Of a DNA stretch of 64,000 nucleotides, positions 62,186-64,000 are shown piece by piece. How positions within the stretch are numbered: the first letter of the stretch is position 1; every line of letters starts with the position of its first letter. Under the pieces are notes generated by a model. That model saw only the letters and a list, made by a program, of their open reading frames with translations, made no database searches and was not told where the DNA came from. The DNA comes from Camelus dromedarius (lineage: Eukaryota), in contig NC_087436.1 in assembly GCF_036321535.1 (NCBI RefSeq), forward strand, positions 102,674,001 through 102,738,000, written 5' to 3'. The translations under genes were made by a program, and so were the position numbers.

Positions 62186-63564
62186 AATAATAATTTTGGA
62201 AGAAAAGAATCATGATTTATCTCCATCCCTCTTATTCTTACCTTTGTCAGTTGAAGCCTTGTTTGAAACAGACCACAGATTTATTAAGCCTCTAAGTCCT
62301 AGGTGAGGAAGTCCAAGCTTATAAGTGGAAAAACTATCAGTGCTGTTGATTGGGTCACCCAGCCCCAGAGAATGACTCAATATGTTATTTCTCAGGACTG
62401 TCTCCAGACCTGGCCCATGGAGGTGTCTCCTTTCTTTCAGAAAAGGAAGAAGTTCTGCCTGAGTTTCAGCAGACATGATATTTTGTTGTTTTCTCAATAA
62501 CTGAGAAATCGAAGAGACAAATTACTAACTCAAAAAGAAAAGAGCAATTTAATTCTGAAACTGGTGGCAGAGGTTAGAAAGGCATGGAGAAATGAACATT
62601 TTTTTTTCTGACGTTGTCTGATCCATCTTCATGATGGCTCTGTGTAAGGTTTTGGATCTCTACTTTGCTATAGGTCTTGTTCACAAGATAAAAAGATAAA
62701 TCATTTTTTCTCTCTGTTGTAGGTCTCCATCATGCCTAAGTCTCTCTTAGTTTCTTAAGCCTGATTTTCCTTCTCCAGATGTACCAGAGACAATTATATA
62801 AAAAGGGGACATCAATTTTATGATTGAAGGGCTCAGCTTTAGCCACCAAACACCAAAGTTTTTGGTCACTTTGGGCTATTATTGATGGGAGAGGTGGAAG
62901 AGATCTTACCCTTGTTCCTAAGCTACGGACCAATTTTAAATACCTTATGTAACTTAAATAACCTTAGCATTTTGTAAAGTCTTTAGGACATACTTCTTTG
63001 TCACCCAACTTCCATATTGAAGTTCAAATTAAAACTAGTTAAATAAGAAGAGAGGGCAGAGTTCCTTTATCCTTTATACTCTGTAACTTTGAACTTGAAA
63101 CCAAATGCAGTTGCCTGGTGTCTGCTTGCTGTAAGGTGCCCTCCGAGGCAAAGTCGTTCAAATGACTGGTTTTCCAGGTTACTTCTTAATGGTCCTGCCT
63201 AACCTCTTTCACCCAGGCTGCACGGCCTTTGTACGATTGGTTTAATGAGTATATCCTCTAATTGCCCCCTGAGGTGACTTTTCATCTAGAACACTAAGGA
63301 TTTTAAGAGGTTAGTCAAGCTTTTGATCTAAAATCTGTCCTTGAATTAAGAATGTGTGTTTCCTGCTCTATATATTATTTATTCATTTCCAATAGGATGA
63401 CTCCTGATGGAAACTTTTGAAAAATTGTTTTCATTATTGAAGAGCAAAGCATGTTTTTCCCCCCTCGGTTGTAGTGTGTTTTCTTTATTTTTTATGTTAT
63501 TTTGCGTTTATGATTCTTACCTCCTGGTTCTATAGGACAAACAAGCAGGCAGGCAGATAGCTAG

Positions 63565-64000
63565 TGAAAAATATTTACTCAGCACACATCAAAAGCCTGG
63601 CTCTGTTTTACTGCAAGGACTCAGACAATAATCACATAAATTAATAAGAAGAACATTTTAAACACTGGGAGGGGCAACAAAGAAAATAAACAGAATAATG
63701 ACATAGTAATGGGACTGAGGGGGTGTGACTTGGGGTAGGGAATTCACTGAAGCCCTTCCGAGAAAATTGGCATTTAAACAACATCCTAACTGATGAGAAA
63801 GATGCAGCTATATGAAAAATCTAAGAGGAAAAGAGGGAAGAAAGCAGAAGAAAAATCAGAGAGGTTCAGATTATGTAATATCTTGAAGACTGACAAAGAA
63901 TATAGGATTTCATTCTATTTCATTGGGAAATAACAAGAAGTGAGTCATAGTTTATAAAGTGTGACTACTTTCTGAAGAAAGGTAACTAATCTCCAAGAGA
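63565..64000 (-). mobile_element. L2 fragment (runs to window edge)
   Basis: 'aaatatttactcagcac...ggcatttaaac...tgagaaagatgcagctatatgaaaaatct...ggattttcattct'. Confidence 0.65.

Overview
AT-rich, CpG-poor mammalian genomic DNA with no recognisable protein-coding exon, RNA gene or CpG island; it looks like a gene desert or a large intron. Four tRNA-Ala-derived SINEs of the Vic-1 type, together with no visible Alu, Bov-A/BovB, PRE or CHR SINEs, point to a camelid (Camelus/Vicugna/Lama). The window is dominated by transposon fossils: many L2 and MIR pieces, hAT MITEs (MER5A, MER20), about 14 solo LTRs (11 between 33.6 and 60.7 kb, one nested, one young ERV2-like with TSD) and several L1 insertions. 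The only ORF-track peptides I recognise are L1 ORF2 remnants. The most informative structures are retrotransposition footprints: an L1 with an apparent ~55-60 bp TSD plus a 3' transduced segment (53.15-54.7 kb), a twin-priming inversion (43.1-43.7 kb), and an L1 3'UTR fragment tailed at an internal site (31.9-32.1 kb). A plus-strand LTR carrying an RFX X-box is followed by a regular donor/acceptor series that could encode an LTR-driven spliced lncRNA (50.4-52.4 kb). Repeat family names come from my memory of consensus sequences and need RepeatMasker/Dfam confirmation; boundaries of old repeats are approximate. No new biological system is demonstrable from sequence alone.
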